Counted from the first letter of the stretch, positions 8,614 through 18,859 are shown. The stretch: DNA of 64,000 bases from Candidatus Aenigmatarchaeota archaeon (GCA_023134135.1 JAGLVB010000005.1:19715-83714); one strand, 5' to 3'. Notes: generated by a model not told the origin, from the sequence alone. Translations and numbers: made by a program.

Positions 8614-10088
8614 TTTATTTTTTTCATCAATTTCTCCGGGTCTTTTATATAAGAAGTTATATATCTCTCAACAGAATCCGCATCTTTAATCTTTTTTTTA
8701 ACCAAATATTCGAGCACTTTTTTGCGGTTATCAAGTTCTTTTGCTATTCCTATATCATCAAATCCCGTCAATATCTTTAACTTATTAATAGCTTTCCTGC
8801 TTTCATGATATTTAAATATCTGATCTGATTTAGGATTCCATTTATACAATATGTTTATTTTCTCGAAATTTTTGCCTTTTGAAAATGGTATCTCAGCTAT
8901 TTCATAAACTCTCCTTATACCTTTTCTCCTATCCCTAAACATAACAACAAACAAATCTATTGCATCAAGCAGGGTTTCAGGAATGGATATTGGGGGATTA
9001 ATTAATCTCCTGTAAGTCTGAACCGCGGTATCAGCATGAATGGTTGAATAAACACTATGACCTGTGTGCATAGCTTCAAATAATACTTCCGCCTCCCTGC
9101 TTCTCCTTATTTCACCAACTATTATCCTGTCCGGTCTCATCCTAAGGGAGTTTACAAGCAAATCCAGCATATCAATCTTACCCTTCCCTTCCTGATTTGG
9201 TTCTCTCGTGATCATAGGCACCCAATGCAAAAAACCAGGCAATTTTATTTCTCTTGTATCTTCTATTGAGATTATCCTTTGGTTTGGCGGGATAAATGGC
9301 ATCAGACTTGTTAAAAAACTTGTTTTTCCGGTTCCGGTTCCCCCAGATACAAGAATATTTAATTCATATTGGATTGACAGCCAAAACAAAGCCGCAACTT
9401 CAGCATCAAGGGTTTTATTTGAAATAAATTCTGAAATTGTCCACGGAATCTTCCTGAATTTCCTGATTGTTATTGTATTCCCGTCATTTGAAATTGGGGC
9501 TAAAGTGGCATTCACCCTGTCGCCGTTCGGAAGATGAGCATCCAGTAAAGGAGTAAGATTTGTAATCTGTCTCCCAACTTTTCTCCCGATAATTGAAGAA
9601 TAATTCAGTATTTCATCTTCGCTCTTTGGAGTTATATTTGTAACAAGCCACCCGAATTCCCTATGATACACCTGCGCAGGTTCTTTGCTTGAATTAATTA
9701 CCACTTCTTCAAGCGCTGGATCCTTCAACAGGATTTCCAACCTGCCCAAACCAAGCATCTCATGAACTATCATTCCAACCATATAATTTTTCTTGTTTTC
9801 TTCAATTTTTGGAATAAGTTTTTCCACTTCATTTCTCGCTTTATCTCTGAAATCATCACTTATCTTTTTCTTTTTATCCAAAGTGTTATAAGAAACCAAT
9901 TGGAGTTGGGTTATCAATCTCTCTTTAATTTCTTCGTATACTGCTCTGGTGCCTTCATCCAATTCCAAAAAGTTGATAATATAATTTGTAACAAACCCAT
10001 CTTTGCTTTTTGAAATCTCTACATCCACGCTATAATCCTCCAATCCAATCTTGTACTTACTTAACATGCTCCACCGATATTTTTCCAA
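8610..10088 (-). CDS. Type II/IV secretion-family ATPase (FlaI/VirB11/TadA-like)
   Basis: Walker A SGGTGTGKTS, Walker B/Asp box RPDRIIVGEIR, His box GHSVYSTIHA. 492 aa. Confidence 0.9.
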   Translation of the reverse strand: MEKYRWSMLSKYKIGLEDYSVDVEISKSKDGFVTNYIINFLELDEGTRAVYEEIKERLITQLQLVSYNTLDKKKKISDDFRDKARNEVEKLIPKIEENKKNYMVGMIVHEMLGLGRLEILLKDPALEEVVINSSKEPAQVYHREFGWLVTNITPKSEDEILNYSSIIGRKVGRQITNLTPLLDAHLPNGDRVNATLAPISNDGNTITIRKFRKIPWTISEFISNKTLDAEVAALFWLSIQYELNILVSGGTGTGKTSFLTSLMPFIPPNQRIISIEDTREIKLPGFLHWVPMITREPNQEGKGKIDMLDLLVNSLRMRPDRIIVGEIRRSREAEVLFEAMHTGHSVYSTIHADTAVQTYRRLINPPISIPETLLDAIDLFVVMFRDRRKGIRRVYEIAEIPFSKGKNFEKINILYKWNPKSDQIFKYHESRKAINKLKILTGFDDIGIAKELDNRKKVLEYLVKKKIKDADSVERYITSYIKDPEKLMKKIK

Positions 10089-11271
10089 ACAATGATTTCT
10101 TATATTTAATTAAATTGTGGTTTTCCAGTATCTCCAGCCACTCTTCTATTTTTTCCTCATCAATATTTAATCTTTCTTCCAGTTCTTTCATATTTGTCTC
10201 TTTTTTCCTTAAAAGATCTAAAAGTTTATCAACCTTTGTCTCAATTATATTTCCAATCACACCTTCATCTTCAGTTGAAAAAATATTTCTCGCCATTTTG
10301 TTCAATATTACGCTCCTCGTAACAACACCTACAACTTCTTTATGACTCATAACCGCAATACAGCCCGATTTGTGCAGATGCATACTAAGTATTGCTTTTG
10401 AGAGGCTATCTCCTTTAGCCAGACATATAAGATTGCCAATAATATCTCCTGCTTTTAGTTTTGCAATTTTTTTCTTTTTCCTCAATACATTAAGTATATC
10501 CGGGAGAATAATCAAACCTACAACTTTTCCTTTTTTTGAAATAAAAATGCCATTGCACTTCTTTTCAGAAAACATTCTCACCACCTCAACAACCGGAGAT
10601 TCAATATCCATAATCTCCGCTTTTTTCATAACCTCAGCAACAGTTACCGCATCCAATACATCTCTTCCGGATTTCTTTGTGTTTTTTTTAATTAATTGAT
10701 TCTTTGTTGTTTCATTCATTTTCTCCGACATTCTTCCCCGTTGCCTAGCAACGAGGGAAGATGCATCATTCGTTTTTGTGAATGAATGAAATGATGCACC
10801 GTCTTTTCTGACGAGTGTTCCTTTTTCTTTTGCAGTTGGTTTTTTTATTTCTTTTTGTTTTGTTTCCTTGGTAATTGCTCTTTCTATCTCCTTTGGTTTT
10901 GTTTCTTTGGTTACTTCTTTTGCAATTGGTTTATTTTTTTTTGTGGGGGTTGACTTCCTGAATAAAGACATAAATTTAGATTTAATATTGCTTCCCAATT
11001 TATTTTTATCTTCATTGAGTGACAACGTATGTTTGGATTTTTTTGGTGATTTTTTTTCATCAATTCTTTTAATTTTAGAATTGGAGTTCTTTGTTGAGGG
11101 TTTCTTTCTGGCTGCAGGTTTCGATTTTTTTATTGGTTTTGTTTTCCTTGCAACAGATTTCTTTGATCCTGTTTTCTCTGTTTGTTTTGATTTAACGGTG
11201 TGTTTTTTTAATTTTTCCTGTTTCTTCAATAACTCATTTAATCTGTCTGTAATATCATCTTCCTTATCCAT
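10057..11271 (-). CDS. Lysine-rich protein with CBS-pair domain
   Basis: N-terminal ~190 aa are K-rich and low-complexity. Two CBS-like modules follow (VAEVMKK...GLIILPDILNVL and GVVTRSVILNKM). The tail is possibly winged-helix. Start placed at the MDKEDD Met; the track ORF extends to 11304 and would overlap the divergent gene. Confidence 0.6.
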   Translation of the reverse strand: MDKEDDITDRLNELLKKQEKLKKHTVKSKQTEKTGSKKSVARKTKPIKKSKPAARKKPSTKNSNSKIKRIDEKKSPKKSKHTLSLNEDKNKLGSNIKSKFMSLFRKSTPTKKNKPIAKEVTKETKPKEIERAITKETKQKEIKKPTAKEKGTLVRKDGASFHSFTKTNDASSLVARQRGRMSEKMNETTKNQLIKKNTKKSGRDVLDAVTVAEVMKKAEIMDIESPVVEVVRMFSEKKCNGIFISKKGKVVGLIILPDILNVLRKKKKIAKLKAGDIIGNLICLAKGDSLSKAILSMHLHKSGCIAVMSHKEVVGVVTRSVILNKMARNIFSTEDEGVIGNIIETKVDKLLDLLRKKETNMKELEERLNIDEEKIEEWLEILENHNLIKYKKSLFGKISVEHVK

Positions 11272-11292
11272 AATTACCTTTAACTTATAATT

Positions 11293-11688
11293 ATGAAAGC
11301 CCAAGTGTCTATAGAATTCCTGATGGTCGTGGGTATTGGGATAATTATTGTATCTTCATATGTTGTTTACAGTTACCATGCTATTTATTCTTACAAAATA
11401 AACACAGATGTTAGCATCACTAAAGATGCGCTTAAAAAAATAAGCGAGAATTCAAATTTTGTTTTCAACCAGAGAAAACCCGCAAAGCATACAATCACCA
11501 TATGCCTGCCTGAAACTATAACCGGATGCTCATTGAACAACACTATTCTTGCATGTCATATAGGGGATAAAATGATATATGAAACCTCAGAAGTAAACCT
11601 AACCGGATGGATTCCCAACAATTCAGGATGTTATGAAATAAAACTGGTTGCTGAAGATACTTATGTAAATCTTGTTAAACCTGAATAA
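11293..11688 (+). CDS. Pilin-like protein, class III signal peptide (DUF361/Epd type)
   Basis: N-terminus MKAQVSIEFLMVVGIGIIIV: a short charged leader, Q-x-S-x-E-F, then a hydrophobic helix. Confidence 0.7.
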   Translation: MKAQVSIEFLMVVGIGIIIVSSYVVYSYHAIYSYKINTDVSITKDALKKISENSNFVFNQRKPAKHTITICLPETITGCSLNNTILACHIGDKMIYETSEVNLTGWIPNNSGCYEIKLVAEDTYVNLVKPE

Positions 11689-11695
11689 TATTAAT

Positions 11696-12064
11696 ATGAA
11701 AGCGCAGGCATCTGTTGAATTTTTGGTTTTGGTTGGGATATTGAGCCTGATATTTGTGATTATATTCGGTTATTCCGGAGGATATTACTTTTATTCAGAA
11801 AAACTGAAAGTTGAAGAAACATATGAAAATATATGCGATACAGTGAAACTCGAAATAGAAACCGCTCTTGAAGTAGGGCCTTATTACAGCCGTACTTTCT
11901 ATCTTGAACCCGGAGACCACGCAGTTTCAATACAAAATTATGAAGTTATTGTCAGCAAAGATAATCTGATAAAAATCTGCTATATACCGATAAATATCTC
12001 GGCAAATCTAAATAATGGTGAAAATACTATAATATATAATGAAACGGGCGTTTCCTTTGTATAA
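11696..12064 (+). CDS. Pilin-like protein, class III signal peptide (DUF361/Epd type)
   Basis: MKAQASVEFLVLVGILSLIFVI at the internal ATG 11696. The track ORF starts at 11672. Confidence 0.7.
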   Translation: MKAQASVEFLVLVGILSLIFVIIFGYSGGYYFYSEKLKVEETYENICDTVKLEIETALEVGPYYSRTFYLEPGDHAVSIQNYEVIVSKDNLIKICYIPINISANLNNGENTIIYNETGVSFV

Positions 12065-12506
12065 AGGTCAGATTTTCTCCTTTGACTTCCTTATTGCCTG
12101 TTCAATATTTATACTTGTTCTTGCGATTCTGATTAGTCATATTGGGTATAATACCATGCAACTAAATGAATTAAAAGAAAAGCGCGAATTGACTCAAAGC
12201 GGTTATAAGCTAAGTGAAATATTTTTTATGGAAGGGTATCCAAAAAACTGGAATGTTAGCAATGTTGAAATTATAGGTCTGCAGACAAACAACCGGATTG
12301 ACTGGAACAAATTAAAAGAACTTGAAAACCTTGGATACCAGAAAAGTCTGATATTGCTTGGTCTTAAATATGATTATAACCTGACTATTGGAAATTATAC
12401 TTTCGGAAAAAATCCTGAAAATGCGTCTTCAGCTTTTATAATAAACCGTGTTGGAATTCTAAATTCATCTGTTGTTTCTATACAGGCGGTAATTTTTAAA
12501 ATATGA
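12039..12506 (+). CDS. Pilin-like protein, class III signal peptide
   Basis: MKRAFPLYKGQIFSFDFLIACSIFILVL: KGQ-x-x-S-x-D-F plus a hydrophobic helix. Overlaps neighbours in operon fashion. Confidence 0.6.
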   Translation: MKRAFPLYKGQIFSFDFLIACSIFILVLAILISHIGYNTMQLNELKEKRELTQSGYKLSEIFFMEGYPKNWNVSNVEIIGLQTNNRIDWNKLKELENLGYQKSLILLGLKYDYNLTIGNYTFGKNPENASSAFIINRVGILNSSVVSIQAVIFKI

Positions 12507-15211
12507 GAGGTATGGTTTTTTCTCTTGATATAATAATCGGAATTTCTGTTCTGATAGTTGTACTTACCTCAAGCTATTATCTTTTCTCAGTTCCTGAAGT
12601 TCATGAAGAAATTGAATATGAGCAAATGAATCTGTTGTCAAATGATTTCCTGAATTCAATGGCTGAAATAAAAGTATTTGAAGCCGCAAACCAGAGCGAA
12701 ACAATAAACAATATGATAACAAATAATAATCTGACTGAAGATGAACTGGAATTGAGCGTTCTTGATCTTGTCTTAACTTACTGGGGAATATACAAAGATG
12801 AAAATGATTTGTTAAAAAAAGAAATTGCCGAAAATATAACTGAAGAAATAATAAATTCAATCTCAATTTTAGACAACCTTGAGTTTAGTTTAATTATAGG
12901 AAATGATTTAATCACGGGAAATCATTCTAACAGTTCAGAATCTTTATCTGTATCCAGCCTGATTGAAAACACTTATGGTTCAGGACCGAAATATGGCTAT
13001 ATTGCAAGAGCATATTTAAGTGGGATTAAAACAAACAAATCAAGGTATCTATATTTTGGGGGATTTGTTGGGCAGGGTAATTTAAATTTTAACCTGAACA
13101 TCCCGGAAACCGCAGGAGAGATTATGTCCGCTTATATAGAAGTTTACTCAGGTTCAAACTTTTCATTGTATATCAACGGGAATTTCTCCGGGAATTTCTC
13201 GCCTGACAATACAACTGGAAACTTCAGCGCAAATATAAAAAGCGCAGATATTAATTTGTCAAACTTCATAAAAGGAAATAACACAATTGAGATTAATTTC
13301 AACTCCGCAAATATTACCGAGCAATATCTTGGAGGGGGTTTCCTTAAAGTGGATTATAATTCAACAGAACTTTACGAGGAAAAAGAATCCGGGAAGATGA
13401 AATATTATTTCCCTGGAATTAAAGGAATCATGAACCTTTATGATGGATTTTATGTTAATGGTGATTTGAATAATATTTCTGTCTATTTGCATTATTATAA
13501 TAATATAACCGGCAGTGTATTTTATTTAACAATCGCAAATGCAACAATTTTTGAGAGCAATAATACAGGAGAAATAAATATTACTCTAAATAATTCAGAT
13601 ATAAATTCTTCAGTAACCAGTGCTGGACTAAGCTATACAAATATCAGTAAAACAACAATTCCTTTAAGATTTGGTATAAGATCTATTGACTTTATGGAAC
13701 AGGAAACTGGAAATGCAGATATTGTTTTGATAACCGATGTTTCAGGAAGTATGGCTTATTGTGTGGAAAACAATAGTGATTGTTCCTCAGGCAATCAAAG
13801 AATTGACTTGGCAAAACAACTGGATAAAGAATTTATTGAAATTATCCTTAATACCACAGGGAACAGAATTGGTTTAGCGGACTATAGAGATAAGGTTGAA
13901 AGTAGTCATTCCTTATCAACAAACAAAACAAGTTTATTTGAGCAAATAGATAAATATGAAGCTGAGAAAGGAACCTGCATTTGCTGTGGGCTAAACGAAG
14001 CTTATGAAATGTTAGAACCTCCAAAGAGCAATTCTTCAAGGCAGAGGTTTGTAGTTATAATGACTGATGGTATACCAAGCCATAAGTGTGCAGACTCAGG
14101 GTGTGAAGGGATTAAAACTAAAGGTGTATTTAAAGGTGATTGTTATGGTTGCACTTATTGCTGTCCTGCTGACCCGGATACTGGGTCAAATTGCGATTGC
14201 CCAACTTCTCAGAGTTGTGGTGAATGTGGTTGTTATTCCTGGTCTGGTTGGTGGTGTCATATACACCCAACTTGTTGTGAGCATACTTGCAGTTGTACTT
14301 GTGAATCTTGTTGTCAACAAAGTTGTAAATGCAGTTGCGAAATGCAAAATGCAAATTTCTCAAGTTGCAGGCTCCACAATGATTTAAATACAACGGTGCA
14401 TTCAATAGGTTTTGGTCCTATCGCAAACTGCCAGATGGGAAATACAACACTAACTGCAATAGCAGATTGCGGAAATGGAAATTATTATGCCAGCCAGAAT
14501 TCCTCTGAACTGCAGGAAATTTACAGAAATATTGCTGCATCAATTGTTTCAATAAGTTATACAACCCAAAAAATCAGTGTTGAAGGAAATATTAGCCTGA
14601 CAGGAAATATTCTTTATAATGATTCTTATATGGAATTTTTTTATAATGAATCAAAACCAGAATTTGATTACGGTGAATTTTCTATATCTTTTGAAGAAAA
14701 TTGCATTGACTCTATATGCACCCTGAAAAAGAACCCGGAAACGCAGGTACTGGAAGCAAAAGTAACTTCTTACTCGGCTGATTACTGGACAAACCTGCTT
14801 GTCCTTACCAATTCCACCCCTGAAAATATAACAATATATAATTTATCAACATATGGATTTTATGAAAACCTTGGAGACCCATTTATATTGGATATTCCTG
14901 TTGAAAAAATATCCAATGAGATAAACAGCATTTACATATTTCTAGGAATAAATGAAACAGACAGAATATCTGGTTTAAATGACAGCAAATTGATATATTC
15001 ATTAAAAGTCCCAGGTTCAGTTAATTATGGCGATATATTTAACAGCTCTTACAATGCTGAAGAAGATGCAAAACAAAGACTGAAAGATAGCATATATAAT
15101 CTGACAGGGCAAAACATTTCAATTCTTACCAATACAGACACCAATGTTATAAGAGGTATAAGAACAATATCAGATGCAAACCTTGTAAAGTTTGTAATAG
15201 GGAAAAAATAA
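12503..15211 (+). CDS. Large pilin-like vWA-domain protein with cysteine-rich insert (tip adhesin candidate)
   Basis: N-terminus MRGMVFSLDIIIGISVLIVVL is pilin-like. vWA MIDAS DIVLITDVSGSM and VVIMTDG are present. The 96-aa insert has 23 Cys. Roughly 40 N-x-S/T sequons by eye. Confidence 0.8.
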   Translation: MRGMVFSLDIIIGISVLIVVLTSSYYLFSVPEVHEEIEYEQMNLLSNDFLNSMAEIKVFEAANQSETINNMITNNNLTEDELELSVLDLVLTYWGIYKDENDLLKKEIAENITEEIINSISILDNLEFSLIIGNDLITGNHSNSSESLSVSSLIENTYGSGPKYGYIARAYLSGIKTNKSRYLYFGGFVGQGNLNFNLNIPETAGEIMSAYIEVYSGSNFSLYINGNFSGNFSPDNTTGNFSANIKSADINLSNFIKGNNTIEINFNSANITEQYLGGGFLKVDYNSTELYEEKESGKMKYYFPGIKGIMNLYDGFYVNGDLNNISVYLHYYNNITGSVFYLTIANATIFESNNTGEINITLNNSDINSSVTSAGLSYTNISKTTIPLRFGIRSIDFMEQETGNADIVLITDVSGSMAYCVENNSDCSSGNQRIDLAKQLDKEFIEIILNTTGNRIGLADYRDKVESSHSLSTNKTSLFEQIDKYEAEKGTCICCGLNEAYEMLEPPKSNSSRQRFVVIMTDGIPSHKCADSGCEGIKTKGVFKGDCYGCTYCCPADPDTGSNCDCPTSQSCGECGCYSWSGWWCHIHPTCCEHTCSCTCESCCQQSCKCSCEMQNANFSSCRLHNDLNTTVHSIGFGPIANCQMGNTTLTAIADCGNGNYYASQNSSELQEIYRNIAASIVSISYTTQKISVEGNISLTGNILYNDSYMEFFYNESKPEFDYGEFSISFEENCIDSICTLKKNPETQVLEAKVTSYSADYWTNLLVLTNSTPENITIYNLSTYGFYENLGDPFILDIPVEKISNEINSIYIFLGINETDRISGLNDSKLIYSLKVPGSVNYGDIFNSSYNAEEDAKQRLKDSIYNLTGQNISILTNTDTNVIRGIRTISDANLVKFVIGKK

Positions 15212-15217
15212 GAAATA

Positions 15218-18200
15218 TTATGAAAGAAACCAGATATTATTAAATTTCTTGAATTCAATTATTTCTTTTCCACTTAAACTTCCTGCTTTTTGGTAAGGTT
15301 TTACTGGAATTTCTAAACTAATAGTTGCTTCTCTTGGTAAAGTGTTAATATCTATTCCTTCTAAAGATAATTCTCCCTCTATATAGAACCAATTCTTTTT
15401 AAATTTCTCCTTAGATTTTTCATAGGGTAACCAATAAATAAATGCCCTTTTAATATCAATTCCTGTATTTAAACTATCATCCACTTTTATTTTCCATTTC
15501 CAAGGTTCATGATAAAACCAAAAATTTCTGAATTCTTTAAAAGTTACTTTATCTTTTCCTTCTTTATCTGCAATCTTAAAATATAAAAAAGCTGATTTAT
15601 TTATGTCCTTTTTTTGGTAATCTTCGGGTAATTCAAAGCTCCCTAAGATAGTAAACTTGGTATTATCCTTTGAATGTTTACTTGAATAAACTATTTTTAT
15701 CTTTTTAATCAAGAAAGATTCCATTGATTTTGGAACAACTTTGAAAGTTGCCATGTCTTCTTTAACATTTCCACTTTTATCAGTTGCTACGACCCTTAAT
15801 ATGTGTTTAGTTTCACCTAAATATTTACCTAAATCTATTGAATATTCAGTATAAACTTCTTCGTCTAAATAAAGTTTTACTTTCGGATTTAGGTCACAAA
15901 TATCACTAACTGCATAATTTATTAGTACTGGTTCTTGTTTATTTAAATAAATAATTTCCTTTGGTGAAATAATATTTACTTCTGGAGGACAAGTATCTAT
16001 TACAGTAACAGTTGAATTGCCAATTCCTATTCCTCCATCATCATCAATTATAAAGATAGCAACTGTATAATTATTTGCAATACAGTATTTATGATTTCCT
16101 TTAATATTATCCATTCCATTTCCTTCTTCAATGGTCCCTTCGTCAATTGTTCCGTCGCCCCAATCAATTTTAGCAGTATGAGTATCTAACAAACCGAGAT
16201 CATTAAAAGAAGCATTTAATGAAATCACATCTAAACAGCATTCAACAGTTTGATTTAAAATAGTTTCAATTATTGGAGGAACATTTTTGACTGTAATATT
16301 AGCAATGTCGGTAGCAGTAAATTCTCCATCGTTGATTTCTAATTTAACTATACCACTATAATCATCATCCCAAGTATAATTAACAATTGGGTTAATTGAC
16401 CAACCGGTATCCCAAATTCCATCATTATTAAAATCCCATCTATATTGAAGAACATCTCCATCAGAATCGTAAGAACCAGAACCATTAAATGTTATTGAAG
16501 AGCCCTCATAATTTTCATAAGGACCATTAGCATCTGCTATTGGCTGTAGATTCTTCTTTATTTTAACTGTTTTTTGTACTGAATCTCTTATTCCATTATC
16601 ATCCACTACAGTTAATATTACACTATAATTAGCTGGAGAAGAATAAAAATGGGTAACCACCTCTCCATTTTCTATTTCTCTATCTCCAAACTTCCATCTA
16701 TAAGAAACAATTAAACCGTCTGAATCATAAGAGGAAGAAGCATTAAAGGTTATTTCTTTGTCAACTATAATATTTTCTGAAGAATAGGTAAATAATGCAA
16801 CAGGAGGTTGATTTATATTAATTATTTCATTCACATTAGGAATTTTTTCCTCGTCTATTTCCCCATCTCCATCATAGTCTATACTCATTGTATAGTTTAT
16901 AACATTTGACTCTATTTTAACCAAAACTCTTGTATTTTTGGTTATTGATATATTTCCAAATTTTGTTATAGAAATATTATTTTCAATTGGTGAAACTTTT
17001 GTGAATTTGAATTTACCTGCATCATATGCGTCTATCCTAACAGAATAAATAATGTTTATTGGCAAGTAGAATATCTTCGTCTCATTTGTTATAAATATGC
17101 TTGCATTTGGTATTTCATTTGTTCCGTTGTCTGAGATAATCCTATTGTATTGATCAGTGATTGTAACATTTATAGGGCACTCAAAGATAAGCACATGATT
17201 ATATATACCAAAATTGATTATTGCTTGTTCATCAACTTTATAATTCTCACATGGTTCTATCAACGGATAGTCATCTAACGACTTCTTTAGAAGTCCCATA
17301 TAATAAGGAGTGTCACCAATTCCATCATTATTTGTGTCTGATTCAGCATAATCATCCCAATAATTTCCTATATAATTTTTGAATTGTATATTATTGTAAA
17401 TATAATCTATTTTTAAAGGGGAAGAATCCCAAAAAGATGATTCTGCATCAGGACATAGAACTGGAAGAATTCCTTTGTTATTTATAAAATTATTAGGAAG
17501 AATTTTGTTACCGTATGAGTCAAACAGATTTATTACTTTCTTGTTGCTTACAAAAGTATTCTGTATTACATTATTTTCAACACATGGTATGGCAAAGGCT
17601 GCATGTCCCGAAGGACCTTTTAAGACAACCCCAAAATCATTTGAGTCTATTTCATTATGTGCTATTATATTAAAAGAAGAACCATAAATATGAACCCCAA
17701 AATGATTATTTAGTATCTTATTTGAGGATATACTGCAACGATGACAGGATGGACCAATATGTATCCCAGCAGGTTCTGACCACCAAGAACCTTTTGCACC
17801 CTCAATAGTAAACCCACTTATTTTTACAGGTCCCCATAAGGAATGCACAAAGAATACATCAGTATTTTGGTCTTTAGCTTGAACCAGCGTATCCTCAGGA
17901 TTTCCAGAAGTTGATTTAATAGTTAGTGATTTAGAAATATCCACATTTTCTACATAAATCCCGGGATCAACTATAATTGTATCTCCATTTTTTGTATTGG
18001 AATCATCTATTGCAGCTTGAATTGTTGGAAAGTCCTCGCCGGTATCAAGATTGTGAATTGGTAATTTTGTTGATTCAAAATAAGTCTCAAAAGGTTCCAT
18101 TAGAGGATAATTATCGCCACCAGATTCTATTATGTAGGGACTATCTCCAAGTCCATCTCCATCTCCATCAACTCCTTCATAATCCTCCCAATAATTACCT

Positions 18201-18859
18201 AAATAGTTTGTGTAAGTGTTACCTTTATAGGTATAGATTATTTTTTCTGGGTAATTCCAGAGATTAAATTCACTACCAAAACCATTAAGTTTATCTCTAA
18301 AGTTATTGAGGTAAGCTTTGTTATTTTTTGGGCACCAACAGCCACCCTCCACACAAATACCAATTAGACCTATGTTAAATTTGTTTGGTCCAATAGTGTT
18401 CCTATAAATTTTGTTATCGGTAGTTGGAGTTAAACTAATTCCTATGTTGTTATTCGCTATGATATTGTTTTTGATTGTGTTATTGCTTGAAACTATTGTA
18501 ATTCCAGTTAATGGACCCATCTTTCCATTAGCTCCTTCAACTGTAAACCCATCTATAGTTACATAATCCGCAGTTACTACAAAAACAGAATCCTCTGAAT
18601 TCTTAGCTTGAACAATCGTCTTTTCAGCTCCATTTTCTGATTTTATAGTTAAGTGATCTTTACTGACTTTAATATTTTCTCTATAACTCCCATCTCCAAT
18701 AATTATAATATCTCCAGAATTTGCAGCATCAACTGCTGCTTGAATAGACGAATACTCATCAGGTACATATAAAATTACTGCAGAGACTACTTCTACAAAA
18801 CTCAAACTAAAAACAAATGTAATTATTAACAATATAATTTTTTTATTTGGTGTTCCCAT
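15218..18859 (-). CDS. Secreted surface protein: two right-handed beta-helix (NosD/PbH1-like) modules plus PKD domains
   Basis: Signal peptide present. Each helix module shows beta-helix repeat patterns (NNTIKNNIIANNNIGISL) and ends in DGDGDGLGDSPY or DTNNDGIGDTPYY. PKD signatures are FNASSSYDSDG..YRWKFGD, FNGSGSYDSDG..YRWDFNNDG and IDWGDG. Confidence 0.8.
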   Translation of the reverse strand: MGTPNKKIILLIITFVFSLSFVEVVSAVILYVPDEYSSIQAAVDAANSGDIIIIGDGSYRENIKVSKDHLTIKSENGAEKTIVQAKNSEDSVFVVTADYVTIDGFTVEGANGKMGPLTGITIVSSNNTIKNNIIANNNIGISLTPTTDNKIYRNTIGPNKFNIGLIGICVEGGCWCPKNNKAYLNNFRDKLNGFGSEFNLWNYPEKIIYTYKGNTYTNYLGNYWEDYEGVDGDGDGLGDSPYIIESGGDNYPLMEPFETYFESTKLPIHNLDTGEDFPTIQAAIDDSNTKNGDTIIVDPGIYVENVDISKSLTIKSTSGNPEDTLVQAKDQNTDVFFVHSLWGPVKISGFTIEGAKGSWWSEPAGIHIGPSCHRCSISSNKILNNHFGVHIYGSSFNIIAHNEIDSNDFGVVLKGPSGHAAFAIPCVENNVIQNTFVSNKKVINLFDSYGNKILPNNFINNKGILPVLCPDAESSFWDSSPLKIDYIYNNIQFKNYIGNYWDDYAESDTNNDGIGDTPYYMGLLKKSLDDYPLIEPCENYKVDEQAIINFGIYNHVLIFECPINVTITDQYNRIISDNGTNEIPNASIFITNETKIFYLPINIIYSVRIDAYDAGKFKFTKVSPIENNISITKFGNISITKNTRVLVKIESNVINYTMSIDYDGDGEIDEEKIPNVNEIININQPPVALFTYSSENIIVDKEITFNASSSYDSDGLIVSYRWKFGDREIENGEVVTHFYSSPANYSVILTVVDDNGIRDSVQKTVKIKKNLQPIADANGPYENYEGSSITFNGSGSYDSDGDVLQYRWDFNNDGIWDTGWSINPIVNYTWDDDYSGIVKLEINDGEFTATDIANITVKNVPPIIETILNQTVECCLDVISLNASFNDLGLLDTHTAKIDWGDGTIDEGTIEEGNGMDNIKGNHKYCIANNYTVAIFIIDDDGGIGIGNSTVTVIDTCPPEVNIISPKEIIYLNKQEPVLINYAVSDICDLNPKVKLYLDEEVYTEYSIDLGKYLGETKHILRVVATDKSGNVKEDMATFKVVPKSMESFLIKKIKIVYSSKHSKDNTKFTILGSFELPEDYQKKDINKSAFLYFKIADKEGKDKVTFKEFRNFWFYHEPWKWKIKVDDSLNTGIDIKRAFIYWLPYEKSKEKFKKNWFYIEGELSLEGIDINTLPREATISLEIPVKPYQKAGSLSGKEIIEFKKFNNIWFLS

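Noticed and set aside
10868-11290. Antisense and shadow ORFs across the track (for example 384..578, 2533..2814, 7242..7634, 9208..9537, 10868..11290, 37045..38046, 47028..47619, 58647..58955)
   Set aside because: Each lies entirely inside a longer ORF on the opposite strand or in another frame that has clear family motifs. Their translations are low-complexity F/L/S/I-rich sequence, typical of antisense AT-rich coding DNA.
14067-14405. Track ORFs 14067..14387 (+) and 14130..14405 (-) overlapping the vWA gene
   Set aside because: They are alternative-frame and antisense readings of the TGT/TGC-rich cysteine insert. The vWA frame is continuous across the region and has recognisable motifs on both sides.
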